The position numbers and the translations under genes were made by a program. Of a stretch of 64,000 bases of DNA, positions 1-10,357 are shown one piece after another (position 1 is the first letter of the stretch; each line of letters begins with the position of its first letter). The stretch is from NCBI GenBank assembly GCA_965197585.1, contig OZ240215.1, positions 32,001-96,000 of the forward strand. The letters run 5' to 3'. Origin of the DNA: Dehalococcoidia bacterium. GTDB taxonomy: Bacteria; Chloroflexota; Dehalococcoidia; Plut-88900. Under the pieces are notes generated by a model. The model saw nothing but the letters and a program-made list of their open reading frames with translations, was not told where the DNA came from and did no database searches.

Positions 1-970
1 ACATCTTGGAAAGCATGCCTACCATGGGGATGTCGAGGAAGTCGGGGTCTGCGACATAGGCCTCGCGGTCGGCGAAGGCGAGTTTCTTGGCCTCGACCAT
101 CACGTGTATGGCCTCCGGGGTGTTGCACCCGAGCCCCTGAATGTCGAACTGCTCGATGATGTTCAACTCCTGGAGTAAAACGTGGCCGCTGGAGTTTGGC
201 GGCGCCTCAAAGACGGTATGACCGCGATATGTGGTGGATATGGGGTCCTGCCACTCACCGTGGAACCGACCAAGGTCTTCAAGGGAGAGTAGGCCTCCGT
301 TCACACGGTGATAGCGGGCAATAGCTGCGGCAATCTCGCCGCGGTAGAAGACTTCTGCGCCTCCGACGGCGATTTGTTCAAAGGTGTCGGCGAGGTCGCG
401 CTGGCACAGGATTTCCCCGGGGCCCAGGGCCCGGCCCCCCGGTGCGAATATCGGCCCCGAGGCCGGGTGGTTGCACAGGAAAGTGTCGGCGGCGATATCC
501 CCCGACAGCTTCCGGCTCACCGGAAAACCGTCCCGAGCGAGCCCAATCGCCGGAGCTAGGACCTTAGCAAGGGGTAGGTTGCCGTACTTCTCGTGGGCCG
601 AGAGCCATGCGTCCAGGAGACCTGGGACCGAGACGGATAGTAGGCCCTTTTCGGGGATGCCGGTGTCGGCGTAGCGTTCCCGGGTCGCCGCAAGGGGCGC
701 GGGGCCCGTGCCATTGGCAACCTCGATCTTGCCGAGGTCCCGCCGGTAGACCATGATGAACCCATCGCCCCCTATACCGGACATCTGGGGTTCCACAACG
801 TTGACGGCGGCGGCCACGGCTATGGCAGCGTCGATTGCGTTGCCGCCCTGCTGAAGAATTGAGATGCCTGCTTGGGAACCCAGCGGATGTCCGGAGGCGA
901 CCATGCCGTTGCGGCCCATGATATCGGGCCTGTGGGACGTAAACTGAACGCCGTGAGGTGAGCTGGGCAT
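1..970 (-). CDS. ggt: Gamma-glutamyltransferase (runs off the window edge; 3' part missing)
   Basis: Translated by hand from ATG at 970: MPSSPHGVQFTSHRPDIMGRNGMVASGHPLGSQAGISILQQGGNAIDAAIAVAAAVNVVEPQMSGIGGDGF, the classic GGT N-terminus. Absent from the ORF track because there is no stop in the window. Confidence 0.92.
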   Translation of the reverse strand, partial: MPSSPHGVQFTSHRPDIMGRNGMVASGHPLGSQAGISILQQGGNAIDAAIAVAAAVNVVEPQMSGIGGDGFIMVYRRDLGKIEVANGTGPAPLAATRERYADTGIPEKGLLSVSVPGLLDAWLSAHEKYGNLPLAKVLAPAIGLARDGFPVSRKLSGDIAADTFLCNHPASGPIFAPGGRALGPGEILCQRDLADTFEQIAVGGAEVFYRGEIAAAIARYHRVNGGLLSLEDLGRFHGEWQDPISTTYRGHTVFEAPPNSSGHVLLQELNIIEQFDIQGLGCNTPEAIHVMVEAKKLAFADREAYVADPDFLDIPMVGMLSKM

Positions 971-1098
971 GGGGGCCTCCGAGAGGGCAGAGATTGAGAG
1001 GATTATAGCGGATGCACGGGCTCGGATTGCGTAGCATCCATGTCGGGGATAGACTGTTTGGGTCTCGGGGCAGCTTTCAGTAATTTTGGAGGATATCC

Positions 1099-2163
1099 AT
1101 GCAACTTCCATTCGGGGTGATAGACGCGGACGGACACATCATTGAAGACCAGGCCCGGATCAGGGAGTACATGACTCCCCCGTACAACGAGTTCCTGATG
1201 GACAACCTCCCCGACGCCCAGGGCAGGGTCGGGCACGGGAGTGCGATCACCAACCGGGCATTTGCGGACTCGACCCTTGGGGGGAGGATGGGGGGTCTCG
1301 GGCCTGCGGGCTATCCGTTTCCCAAGGACTGGCTCGACGCCCTTGAATGGGGCGGCATGGAGATGACCTTCCTCTTCCCGACGACGCTGCTGACCTACGG
1401 GACCATCTGGGACCCGGACTATCTGAAGGCCGTTACCAGCGCCTACAACCGTTGGATGGCCGACGAGTGGATGAGCGTTAGCCCTAAACTGAAGGCCGTG
1501 TCCCTGGTCCCGCTAACCGACGTGGACGCCGGAACGAAGGAGATGCGCAGGACGGTGACGGAGGCGGGCTTCTCGGGGGTGATGCTGCCGGCGGTTGGGT
1601 TTGGCGGTTTCGGGGAGCGGAAATTCGACCCGTTCTTCGAAGAAGCGCAGTCCCTCGGATGCCTGGTGGCGGTACACGGCGGCACCTCCGAATACATGAA
1701 GTACACCAAGTTCATCCAGCGCCACACGACCGCATTTCCGATATCCAACATGCTGCAGTCGGTGCACATGGTTTACGGCGGTGTCTTCGAAAGGTTCCCG
1801 GACTTGAAAGTCGGATACCTGGAGACGGGGTGCACGTGGGTGCCCTTCTTCCTGGATAGGATGGACGAGGAATGGGAGAAGCGGGGCTGGCTCGAAACAC
1901 CGGACTGCACTCGCAAGCCCAGCGAGTACCTGAAGGGCGACAAGGTATGGTTCCACGCCGAGCCAAGCGAGACCCTGGTTCCCCAGGTGATCGACATCCT
2001 TGGCGAGGATTCCCTGTTCTACGCCTCGGACTGGCCGCACTGGGACAACGAATACCCGGAGAGCGTCGGGAACTTTTGGAATCGGGAGGATCTCTCGGAA
2101 GACGTGAAGAAGAAGATCCTGCGCGACAACTGCCTGGCTATGTACGGGGTAAACGGGGCATAG
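1099..2163 (+). CDS. Amidohydrolase_2 family metallo-hydrolase/decarboxylase
   Basis: IDADGH N-terminal metal motif, VAVHG, GGVFERFPDLKVGYLETG, YASDWPHWD; GGAGG RBS upstream. Confidence 0.9.
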   Translation: MQLPFGVIDADGHIIEDQARIREYMTPPYNEFLMDNLPDAQGRVGHGSAITNRAFADSTLGGRMGGLGPAGYPFPKDWLDALEWGGMEMTFLFPTTLLTYGTIWDPDYLKAVTSAYNRWMADEWMSVSPKLKAVSLVPLTDVDAGTKEMRRTVTEAGFSGVMLPAVGFGGFGERKFDPFFEEAQSLGCLVAVHGGTSEYMKYTKFIQRHTTAFPISNMLQSVHMVYGGVFERFPDLKVGYLETGCTWVPFFLDRMDEEWEKRGWLETPDCTRKPSEYLKGDKVWFHAEPSETLVPQVIDILGEDSLFYASDWPHWDNEYPESVGNFWNREDLSEDVKKKILRDNCLAMYGVNGA

Positions 2164-2172
2164 CCCGCCCAG

Positions 2173-3282
2173 TTATTCGTCCGACCCCAGCCTCTCCAGT
2201 ATCCACTGGTTGAACTTGTGTGGCAGGTGTTCCTGGGCGGAGTAGACCCCCTGCCGGTGCGCCCGAGACCTGAGCGCCTTCTGCACTTCTTCGCAGATGT
2301 CATAGTCCTGCTTTAAGACCCGGTCTAGGAAACCGACAGTGTCTGATGGGTCGAAGTCCGGGGACTCGATCACCGATTTCTCGAAAAGCCAGTCGACTGT
2401 GAGGCGGCAAGTGGTTGAAGAGACGGGCCACTTGTAGAAGACGAAGACTTGGTCCGGGAGCAGGCCGAAGAAAAGGTTGGGGTAGATGGTGACACTGCGG
2501 AACTTGGCTACGTCTTCCTGTGAGAGGGTGCTGATGATGGGCCGGGGCCCGAAACCCGTTTCCGAATAGGTCGTCGCTCCGTTGATAAGAGGTGCACCGT
2601 CCAGGGCCTCCTGGCCTATTGCGCCGTCCCTGAATGTAGGGTGGATTTCACAGAGCTCGGGGTGGACGCCGGGGCAATGATAGCACTCGACGTTGTTTTC
2701 CAGTACCAGCTTCCAGTTGGCTTTAATGTCGTAGACGTTCCGATGGCCGATTCGGAGATTGGCCAGGTTGTACTTGGGAAGCTTATCCGCAAGGACGCCG
2801 AGCTCCGGGACGAATGTTTCAGGATCACGAGACAAGTTCAAGAATATAAAACCTTCCCACAGTTGCACGACGACGGGATACAGGGAGAGTGGATCGCCAT
2901 TCAGGGAGGGCCGTGCGGTCATGTTGGGCGTGGCGACGAGGTCGCCGTCCAGGTTGTAGGTCCAGCCGTGGTAGCCGCAAACGAAGGCCTTGCCCCTGGC
3001 CTTCCCCGACTCGGTGGAGCAGAGACGGTTGCCGCGGTGTCGGCAGACGTTGTAGAAGGCCTTGATCTCACCGCTCTTAGACCTGACGACGATAATGCTT
3101 TCGTCGGCAATCTCACGGCGTAGGTAGTCACCCTCGCTGGGGAGTTCCTCGACTCGCGCGGCGCAGATCCAGGAGCGGTAAAAGATGCGCTCTTTCTCCT
3201 GCTCGTAGATGCCGGGATCGTAGTAGTAGGGGCTCGGGAGGGTGCGATTGAGGGCCGAGACCGCGGTGAGCTCTGCAACCAT
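2173..3282 (-). CDS. Rieske ring-hydroxylating oxygenase alpha subunit (choline monooxygenase/GbcA/CntA-like)
   Basis: Rieske CRHRG...CGYHGW motif; mononuclear Fe site ENNVECYHCPGVH...QDYDICE; start placed at MVAELT (ORF track starts at 3363). Confidence 0.9.
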   Translation of the reverse strand: MVAELTAVSALNRTLPSPYYYDPGIYEQEKERIFYRSWICAARVEELPSEGDYLRREIADESIIVVRSKSGEIKAFYNVCRHRGNRLCSTESGKARGKAFVCGYHGWTYNLDGDLVATPNMTARPSLNGDPLSLYPVVVQLWEGFIFLNLSRDPETFVPELGVLADKLPKYNLANLRIGHRNVYDIKANWKLVLENNVECYHCPGVHPELCEIHPTFRDGAIGQEALDGAPLINGATTYSETGFGPRPIISTLSQEDVAKFRSVTIYPNLFFGLLPDQVFVFYKWPVSSTTCRLTVDWLFEKSVIESPDFDPSDTVGFLDRVLKQDYDICEEVQKALRSRAHRQGVYSAQEHLPHKFNQWILERLGSDE

Positions 3283-3651
3283 GGCGACGCTCCTATCTCC
3301 AATGGGACCTGTGCTGTTCAGGAACCCCCGAATTTCTCCCCTTATGGCATGCACCCAAGCCATTCAGTTTGAGCCAATTCAAGGCCCTGGAAACGGCTTG
3401 GGTGCTTCAATGCGCCCAACTGAGCGTACCTCGTATTTGCCTACGTTACGGTCACTGTGTTCCGATGTGTTTGATTCGTGCGTCTGGTATGCGGGAGTCC
3501 ACGCTTGGCTGTCTTTGCGGGTGGGATTCGGGGTGCAGTAGTTCTCGATCGGTTCCCTTGGCGAACCGGCACGGATGCTTGCTGCAATTTCGCACTTTAT
3601 CAACCGAGCGGGACCGGGACCCTCGTCGCGCGTATGCCTCGGGAGCTAGCC

Positions 3652-3882
3652 CTACTTCTCCCAGGGAAAGGGCAAGTTGCGAAGGGTTAAGGTTCCGAAG
3701 AGTCCAATGGCTCCGAAGAGGACGAGCAGGAAGCTCAACTCGTTACCGAAGCCGGGTTCGCCGGCCAGTAGAGATCCGCGATCCGGATCGGAGTCTACCA
3801 TCCATCCACTGAATGATATGACGGCCCCGGCGATTATCATGCCGACGAACAAGACTTTAAGCGCCTGTCCAAGCACATTCAT
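3652..3882 (-). CDS. Small two-TM membrane protein, function unknown
   Basis: 76 aa with two hydrophobic stretches; strong RBS (AAGGAGAGG) and its own consensus-like promoter. Confidence 0.7.
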   Translation of the reverse strand: MNVLGQALKVLFVGMIIAGAVISFSGWMVDSDPDRGSLLAGEPGFGNELSFLLVLFGAIGLFGTLTLRNLPFPWEK

Positions 3883-3924
3883 GGTTACCTCTCCTTGTCT
3901 ATGCTGTAGTCACATTTGTAGAGG

Positions 3925-3953
3925 ATGGTAAGGCTACCGGTAACCAGTGTCAA
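3925..3953 (-). promoter_or_regulatory. Sigma70-type promoter with a palindromic operator in the spacer
   Basis: Minus strand TTGACA-17 nt-TACCAT; the spacer holds the near-perfect palindrome GGTTACCGGTAGCC (3932-3945). Confidence 0.65.
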
Positions 3954-3982
3954 ATCCTCTCGGTGAATGATGGAGGGTTATG

Positions 3983-5398
3983 CTATTGCGGGTTGGCGAT
4001 GGCGGGACGACGCCGGTCCGTCTGGCAACCTTCCAGGGCCTTTGCGGCCCTGAGCAGGGTGTGCTCGTCGAAGTGCCGGGCCACGAGCTGCACGCCAATG
4101 GGCAGGCCCTCTTCGCTCCAGCCGAAGGGAACGTTCATGGCGGGGGAGCCAGTAAGGTCCCAGGGGACGGTGGCCCGGAGGCTGTGCCTTGCGCCCATGG
4201 TCTTGCCGTCAATAACGAACTCTTCCCGACCTGCCTCGTAGGCGGGCATGGGTACTGTGGGGCAGAGGAAGATGTCGTAGCGGGTGAAGTACTCGCCGAC
4301 CTCCCACTTCAGCGACTCCCAGTTGAAGCTCGCCTCTAAGTACTCGTCGAACGTCTTGGCCGGGGCGTCGATGTAGCGCTTACGCAGCAACGGTGTCAGC
4401 TCCGACTCCCGTCCCCTGATTACGTCCATTAGAAACGCTTTTCCTTCCACCGTGTAAACCGCTGATGAGATCACTTGCGCATCATTTGTCCCCAGCCCTG
4501 GTATTTCCACCGGATCCACCTCCATCCCCAGCCCCGAGAGCGCGTCTGCCGCCTTTGCCACCACCTTCTGCACTTCCTCTTCTACCGGCGTCCCGCCCGT
4601 CGGGCTCCACCCGATCCGTAGCTTGGGCAAAGGACCATCCAGGTCGGTGTAATCGGGGACGGGGACGGGTGGGGCGTAGATGTCCTCGCCGTCGGCGCCG
4701 GCCATTATGGACAGGGCCAGGGCCACGTCCTGGACGTTTCGAGCCATGGGCCCGACGTGAATGGCCCGAAATAGTGTCTGTGGCACGACCCGCGTGTAGG
4801 GAACCCGGCCCAGAGTGGGCTTGAGGCCCGCCAAACCGCAGAAGCTGGACGGCTGCCGTATGGACCCCCCGAGGTCGGTCCCAACTCCCAGGGGTGACAT
4901 TCCGGTCGCCAGGGACGCACCCTCCCCACCGCTGGAACCACCGGGGGTGTAGCCGAGTTTCCAAGGGTTTTGGGTCGCCCCGAAGAGGAGGTTGTTGGTC
5001 TCCCACCAGAGGGCAAACTCGGGAAGATTGGTCTTGCCGAGGAGGATTCCACCCGCGCCCTTCAGCCGACTGTAAACGGTGGAATCGCCAGTGGAGATGT
5101 TGTCCGCAAGAATCTTGGAGCCCTGCGTGGCCAGCAGTCCAGCTACTTCAACGCAGTCCTTTAGGGTGAACGGCACTCCGTGCAAGGGCCCGAGCTCATC
5201 GCCGCGGGCGATTGCGGCGTCGGCTTCCTTGGCTAAGGTCAGGGGGTCTGGCGCGAACGTGACGATGGCGTTGAGAGTCGGGTTGAGGGCCGCAATGCGG
5301 TCCAGGTGCGCCTGCACGACCTCCTGCGAAGAGAACTTCTTGCCTCGAATGCCTTCAGCCAACTCCGTCGCCGAGAGCCAGCAGATGTCTTGGGTCAT
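3983..5398 (-). CDS. Amidase signature family protein
   Basis: GPLHGVPFTLKD, GGSSGGEGA, GTDLGGSIRQP (Ser-cisSer-Lys triad motifs). Confidence 0.93.
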   Translation of the reverse strand: MTQDICWLSATELAEGIRGKKFSSQEVVQAHLDRIAALNPTLNAIVTFAPDPLTLAKEADAAIARGDELGPLHGVPFTLKDCVEVAGLLATQGSKILADNISTGDSTVYSRLKGAGGILLGKTNLPEFALWWETNNLLFGATQNPWKLGYTPGGSSGGEGASLATGMSPLGVGTDLGGSIRQPSSFCGLAGLKPTLGRVPYTRVVPQTLFRAIHVGPMARNVQDVALALSIMAGADGEDIYAPPVPVPDYTDLDGPLPKLRIGWSPTGGTPVEEEVQKVVAKAADALSGLGMEVDPVEIPGLGTNDAQVISSAVYTVEGKAFLMDVIRGRESELTPLLRKRYIDAPAKTFDEYLEASFNWESLKWEVGEYFTRYDIFLCPTVPMPAYEAGREEFVIDGKTMGARHSLRATVPWDLTGSPAMNVPFGWSEEGLPIGVQLVARHFDEHTLLRAAKALEGCQTDRRRPAIANPQ

Positions 5399-5552
5399 GG
5401 TCGGGCCTCCTGGGTAAGTCTTGTTGTTATACTCTGCACAGAATATGTTACCAATGGCAATCCGGCAATCCGGCGGGCCTTAGGCGGCACACTGAATTCC
5501 CGGGGCAAGCTCTTTTGCTGGCATTGGTAGTTCCGCGTCGTGGGGAGGCACC

Positions 5553-7091
5553 GTGTTATCGAAGAAAGCTTGGTTGGTATTAGGGCTCTTGGCTTTAGGC
5601 ATCGTACTAGCTGCATGTGCCTCTGACCTGGAAGCCCCTCCCCCCACCCAGGACGTTGATGCTGCGGTGCGTACCGCCATAGCGGAAGCGCTTCCGACCC
5701 CCACCCCAACTCCAGTCCCAGATATCAGCGCCACCGTACAGGCGGAAGGTGAGGCGACTATAGCCGCCCAACCCACCCCGACTCCCATACCCGCGCCAAC
5801 TCCCATACCCGCGCCAACTCCCGCTCCCACTCCTACACCACTCCCCACTCCAACACCTACCCCCACTCCCACCCCACTGGCCACTCCAACACCTGCTCCC
5901 ACCCCTACTCCCACCGCGACACCCACTCCAACCCCGACTCCGTTTCCCACTCCGACTCCCATCCCCACCCCTGAACCCTCCACACCGCGCCCCCGTTCCC
6001 AGTGGACTCCCGATAACCCTGCCACCAGAGAAGAGATAGAGATCGAGCTGCAGAAATACCGGGGCGAAAGCCTTGTGTTCAGCTCCTGGGGCGGTGCATA
6101 TCAGCTAGCTCAGCGACAGGCTTACGCAATTCCATTCGAGGACCAATTTGGAATACAGATTGTCGACGTTTCTTCACCAACTCTCGGTAAGGTCAGGTCC
6201 ATACAGGAGTCCGGGAATGTCACATGGCACATTATCGATACAAGGGCTGGCTCTCTCCGCGACCTCGGCAGGAGCGGTCATCTCGAAAGCCTGAACTTCG
6301 GCATTATTGATAATCGAGACTTCCTGGACGTATTGAAGTCACCATACATAGGGGGTGGTGGGGTCACCTGGTCCGAGGTCTGGGCCTACAACACCGACCT
6401 GTTTCCAGAAGCTCGGAGACCACGCTCGATGGCCGACATATACAACACAGCTAAGTTCCCGGGAAGCCGGGGTTGGGCCCATTACCCTGATGCTGAGATG
6501 ATATTCGTACTCCTGTCGGAGAATCCCAGCCTCTTGAACACGGAGGAAGGACGGGCGAGTCTGTCTGCCTTAACTCCTGCTCAGGCGGATCGCGCATTCG
6601 AACTATTTGATGAGTATCGGGACCAGGTATCCATGATTTGGCAAAACAACACAGACTGTCCTTGGCGTCTCTCTAGGGGAGATTTGGCCTTGTGCAGTGG
6701 GTTCAATGACAGCATCTACGATGACGCCATTGAAGGGAACCCTATCCGGATTTGCTGGGAGTGTGGTCACGTCGTAAACACTGACGGTTGGAGCATCATA
6801 AGGGGTCTCAGGCGCCAGGACCCCCAAACCTTCGAGCTTGCCCAGCTCTATATGGCCTGGACAGGCCTACCCGAGAACAACGCCCGAGTGGCTCAATTCA
6901 TCGCCTACGGCCCCGTGAACCTGAGGTCACTGCCGCATCTGAATGGACCTGAATACAACGCAGTGCGCAATGACCTGCCTACCTCGCCTTCCAACCTGCC
7001 TTATGCCATCTTCAAGGATGAGGTCCACGTAGGGCGGTATACCGATACATGGCGTGAGCGCTGGATTTCATTCCAGCAGTCTATTCAGTAG
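5553..7091 (+). CDS. ABC-type polyamine-family substrate-binding lipoprotein with a long Pro/Thr linker
   Basis: Lipobox LAAC, long PTPT region, then [18 protein letters not shown] and YGPVN motifs of PotD/PotF-like SBPs; no permease genes nearby. Confidence 0.8.
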   Translation: MLSKKAWLVLGLLALGIVLAACASDLEAPPPTQDVDAAVRTAIAEALPTPTPTPVPDISATVQAEGEATIAAQPTPTPIPAPTPIPAPTPAPTPTPLPTPTPTPTPTPLATPTPAPTPTPTATPTPTPTPFPTPTPIPTPEPSTPRPRSQWTPDNPATREEIEIELQKYRGESLVFSSWGGAYQLAQRQAYAIPFEDQFGIQIVDVSSPTLGKVRSIQESGNVTWHIIDTRAGSLRDLGRSGHLESLNFGIIDNRDFLDVLKSPYIGGGGVTWSEVWAYNTDLFPEARRPRSMADIYNTAKFPGSRGWAHYPDAEMIFVLLSENPSLLNTEEGRASLSALTPAQADRAFELFDEYRDQVSMIWQNNTDCPWRLSRGDLALCSGFNDSIYDDAIEGNPIRICWECGHVVNTDGWSIIRGLRRQDPQTFELAQLYMAWTGLPENNARVAQFIAYGPVNLRSLPHLNGPEYNAVRNDLPTSPSNLPYAIFKDEVHVGRYTDTWRERWISFQQSIQ

Positions 7092-7179
7092 GGCCACCAG
7101 CACTTTTCGTGCCCGGTGTCAAGGAGATGGGCCTGTACAGTGCCTTCTCCCGATCTTGATAAGAAGTAGTTCCCTAGCC

Positions 7180-8397
7180 CTAATGCAGCGCCGCCGACGA
7201 AGCCGCACCCTTCTCATTTACCAGCCTGCCGTCCTTGAAGCGGTCTAACGAGAACGGCTTTATCAGGTCCGGCGTGTCCCCGGTGTCGATTAGCTCCGCC
7301 ATCATCTTCCCGGAAATGGGCGCGGCCTTGAATCCGTAGGTGCCCCAGCCGCAGTCGAGCAGGAATCCGTCCAGCCCCGAGACCGGCCCCATGATGGGCG
7401 CGTAGTCGGGGGTCATGTCACATATGCCGGTCCACTGCCGGAGGATGTTCACGTCTTTCAGGAAGGGGAACATTCTCAGCGCCCCGGCGGAAAGCTCCTC
7501 CATCATCGGGAAAGTCGACTTCTGAGAGTAGCTGGTGTAATGGTCGACGGCACCGCCCATGACGAGCTCACCGCGGTCGGTCTGGTAGACGTAGACGTGG
7601 AAATTGGTTGACGAGACACCGAGCTTTAGGATCGGTTTGAGGGGCTCGGTGACCATGGCCTGCAAGGGGTGAGTGATCATCGGAAGGTCAAGCCCGACCA
7701 TCGCGGCGATGGTCGAACTCCAAGCGGCGGTGCAGTTGATGACCAGGTCGGTCTGGATGGGGCCCCGGTTGGTCTCGACCCCCGTGACCCGGCCATTGCT
7801 CTGGTTTATGGCGGTTATCTCGGTGAAGGGGTGAATCTCTGCGCCCCGGCGGTCGGCGGCACGGGCGTAGGCCCAGATCACGGCGTCATGGCGGATGACA
7901 CCGGCGGGCGGATGGTAGAGCCCCGCCAGAACTGGGAGATCGTTACCCTCGCGCATGTCGAGAACGGGTACGAGCTCGCGGATATCGTCGGTGCCGATAA
8001 TCTTGCTGTCGACACCCAGGGCGGCGTTGGCCTCCGCGCGGAGGCGGAGGGCATAGACCGAGGACTCGGTGTGGGCAAGCTCAAGTCGGCCCGTCTGGCT
8101 GAAGAGCAGGTTGTATCCCAGGTCCTGCGAGAGGTCTTCGTAGAGCTTGACGCTTTCGTAGAAGAATGGGATGCCCTCGGGCGTCACGTAGTTGGCCCTG
8201 ATGATGGCCGTAGAGCGGGCACTGGCCCCACCCCCCAGATACCCCTTGTCCAGGACGGCGACGTTGGTAATACCCCGCTGCCCGAGGTAATAGGCGATTG
8301 CAAGGCCGTGCACCCCGGCCCCGGCTATGACAATGTCATACTGGGGCTTGAGGTGCGGGTCCCGCCACATCCGCTCCTTTTTGAATAGCTGGAACAT
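7180..8397 (-). CDS. soxB: Sarcosine oxidase beta / N-methylglutamate dehydrogenase FAD subunit (SoxB/MgdA-like)
   Basis: GAGVHG FAD motif, GASARSTAIIRANY, CGWGTYGFKAAP, C-terminal EKGAASSAALH; start at MFQLFK (8397), abutting the upstream stop. Confidence 0.88.
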   Translation of the reverse strand: MFQLFKKERMWRDPHLKPQYDIVIAGAGVHGLAIAYYLGQRGITNVAVLDKGYLGGGASARSTAIIRANYVTPEGIPFFYESVKLYEDLSQDLGYNLLFSQTGRLELAHTESSVYALRLRAEANAALGVDSKIIGTDDIRELVPVLDMREGNDLPVLAGLYHPPAGVIRHDAVIWAYARAADRRGAEIHPFTEITAINQSNGRVTGVETNRGPIQTDLVINCTAAWSSTIAAMVGLDLPMITHPLQAMVTEPLKPILKLGVSSTNFHVYVYQTDRGELVMGGAVDHYTSYSQKSTFPMMEELSAGALRMFPFLKDVNILRQWTGICDMTPDYAPIMGPVSGLDGFLLDCGWGTYGFKAAPISGKMMAELIDTGDTPDLIKPFSLDRFKDGRLVNEKGAASSAALH

Positions 8398-9590
8398 CAG
8401 AGGGGCACCACCCGCAGAGACCTCTCCTGGGCAGTCAGTGACTCCCAACCGGTCTCGGTGACAAGGACGGTCTCGCTGAAGCCGACACCCCGCTTCCCTG
8501 GCACATGGATTGTGAGGGGCGTGTGGAAGGTCATGCCCGGCAGTAAGGGCTCGTCCACACCCTCTGCGATGAAGATCAGGTCCTCTCCCCAGATCGAGGG
8601 CACGCCTATGCCCACGGAATAGCCGAAGTTCTCTATGAAAAACGCCTCCTCGGCGACGGACCCGACAGCCTTCTTCGCCTCCATCGCAACGTCGTGGCAT
8701 GTGCGGCCTGGCCTGATGTTGGAGGTCAGCACGTCGAATGTGCGAAGCATGGCGTCGGTCATTCTTAGGGTGAGGTCGTCTGGCGGGCCGAGCGATGCGG
8801 AGCGCATCATCAGGGCGTCGTAGCGCTTGTAGGACGCTCCGAGCTCCATGTATACCAGGTCACCGGGTGCAATGGGGAACCGTGCATGGAAGGAGTGGTG
8901 AAAGCCGGTGCGATGCCCGGTCATGATGTTCTGCCACTTGGTGAAATACTCGCTTCCGGCGCGGATCATGGCCTCGTGGCAGGCGGCAGAGAGGTCGTTG
9001 TCCGTTTTGCCGGGGGCGATCTCGGCCATCGCCGCCTCGATGCCCAGGACGGTTAGCCGCCCAGCCTCCCGCATGTACTCTATCTCCGCCGCAGACTTTG
9101 TCTTGCGGACCTGGTAGACGAGCCGGGAGGCGTCGATGAAAGAGGCGTTGGGAAGGGTCTCGGTCAGGCGTCGGTGTTGGTTGACGTGCAGCCCCGACAC
9201 CCCAGTCTCGACGCCGATGGCCTTGGAATCGAGGCCCTTCTCCTTGAGAATTCCACCAAGCAGGTCCATGGCCCATGCGGCGTCGTAATAGTGATATAGC
9301 TCGACGTCCCGGATCCAGCCGGTGGCGAACACTGCGCCAAGCTCGACGTCTGCAATGTGAATCGTCGGCGAGCCCTCGATGGGAAGGATGAGACAGGCGT
9401 AGCGGTTGGGGATGATGGTGTTATAGCCGGTGAGATAGTAGAGGTTGGGGAGATGGGTGATGAGAAGAACCTCGACGCCCGCGTCGGCCATTAGAGAACG
9501 CACCTTGGCAATGCGGCCCTGGAACTCGGCCTCGGGGAAGGGGGTCTCTGAGGGCGTCGGATTTTCCTGTAAAAATTTTAGTGGGTCCAT
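8397..9590 (-). CDS. M24 Xaa-Pro peptidase/creatinase-family hydrolase
   Basis: PFPEAEFQGRIAKVR, NLYYLTGY, KSAAEIEYMREAG, GYSVGIG, GFSETVLVTETG; start at MDPLKF (9590). Confidence 0.85.
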   Translation of the reverse strand: MDPLKFLQENPTPSETPFPEAEFQGRIAKVRSLMADAGVEVLLITHLPNLYYLTGYNTIIPNRYACLILPIEGSPTIHIADVELGAVFATGWIRDVELYHYYDAAWAMDLLGGILKEKGLDSKAIGVETGVSGLHVNQHRRLTETLPNASFIDASRLVYQVRKTKSAAEIEYMREAGRLTVLGIEAAMAEIAPGKTDNDLSAACHEAMIRAGSEYFTKWQNIMTGHRTGFHHSFHARFPIAPGDLVYMELGASYKRYDALMMRSASLGPPDDLTLRMTDAMLRTFDVLTSNIRPGRTCHDVAMEAKKAVGSVAEEAFFIENFGYSVGIGVPSIWGEDLIFIAEGVDEPLLPGMTFHTPLTIHVPGKRGVGFSETVLVTETGWESLTAQERSLRVVPL

Positions 9591-9603
9591 ATTCTCAATT
9601 CCG

Positions 9604-10347
9604 TTACCAGGGTATTCCTGGGTTGTCCGAGGAAATCTGTTCAAAGGCCCCGATTCCGATGGGTGACACGCCGACACCCTTACCCGCATGGACCAGGGCG
9701 TCCCACACGTATTCTCCATAGTCGCGGGTAACGTACAGTTGGCAGGCGTAGTGCCCCGAGACGTCGCCGCGAACAAGGAGAGAGTGGACCTCGGCTGTCT
9801 TGGCTTGCGCACATGCGCCATCGAGGAACCTGTCGGGGTCCAAGTCCAGCTCGACGAGCTTTGCAAGGGCTTCCCGGCTGCGAGGCCCCATGATCCCGAT
9901 ACCCGCCCACGCAGAGGTCAGGTCGATCATGTGGGCGCAGCCTGAAAGCGCCTCTTCAAGGGCCTCGGCGATGGAGTCCCGTGACCCGGGAGAAGTCAGC
10001 ACCAGCGCCTCATCATAGGTGAGAGCCGCTACCGTGACCGACTCTCGGCTGTCCTCGCTGGCCGTCGGGCTCGGGCATCTTATGGCTCTGCCAACGGTGA
10101 GGGACTCCGGGAAGGCAAGGGCGCGCGGCAGTTCAGTCAACACGTCTGCGCCCTGAAAAGATAGCTTGCCAATCGGACTGATATCGAATATCCCGCCGCC
10201 GTTGATGGCCCGGGACACCTCATCGTCGCTGGAGGAGTAGTGAGAGGGCAGCTTCCATCCGTCTCGATATAGGAACTCGGCGCCCAACACCTGGTGGGCC
10301 CCGTGCATCGCGGTGAGCTTGGCTAGCGCTGCCGTAGTTGAATCCAT
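9604..10347 (-). CDS. soxG: Sarcosine oxidase gamma-like / GcvT-fold subunit
   Basis: FDISPIGKLSFQG, GPRSREALAKL, RDYGEYVWDAL; lies directly after the alpha subunit. Confidence 0.75.
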   Translation of the reverse strand: MDSTTAALAKLTAMHGAHQVLGAEFLYRDGWKLPSHYSSSDDEVSRAINGGGIFDISPIGKLSFQGADVLTELPRALAFPESLTVGRAIRCPSPTASEDSRESVTVAALTYDEALVLTSPGSRDSIAEALEEALSGCAHMIDLTSAWAGIGIMGPRSREALAKLVELDLDPDRFLDGACAQAKTAEVHSLLVRGDVSGHYACQLYVTRDYGEYVWDALVHAGKGVGVSPIGIGAFEQISSDNPGIPW

Positions 10348-10357
10348 AAAAGTCGCC

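Noticed and set aside
5480-6025. Gly-Val repeat ORF (also 50855..51280 and 59714..60160)
   Set aside because: Antisense shadows of Pro/Thr linkers in real genes.
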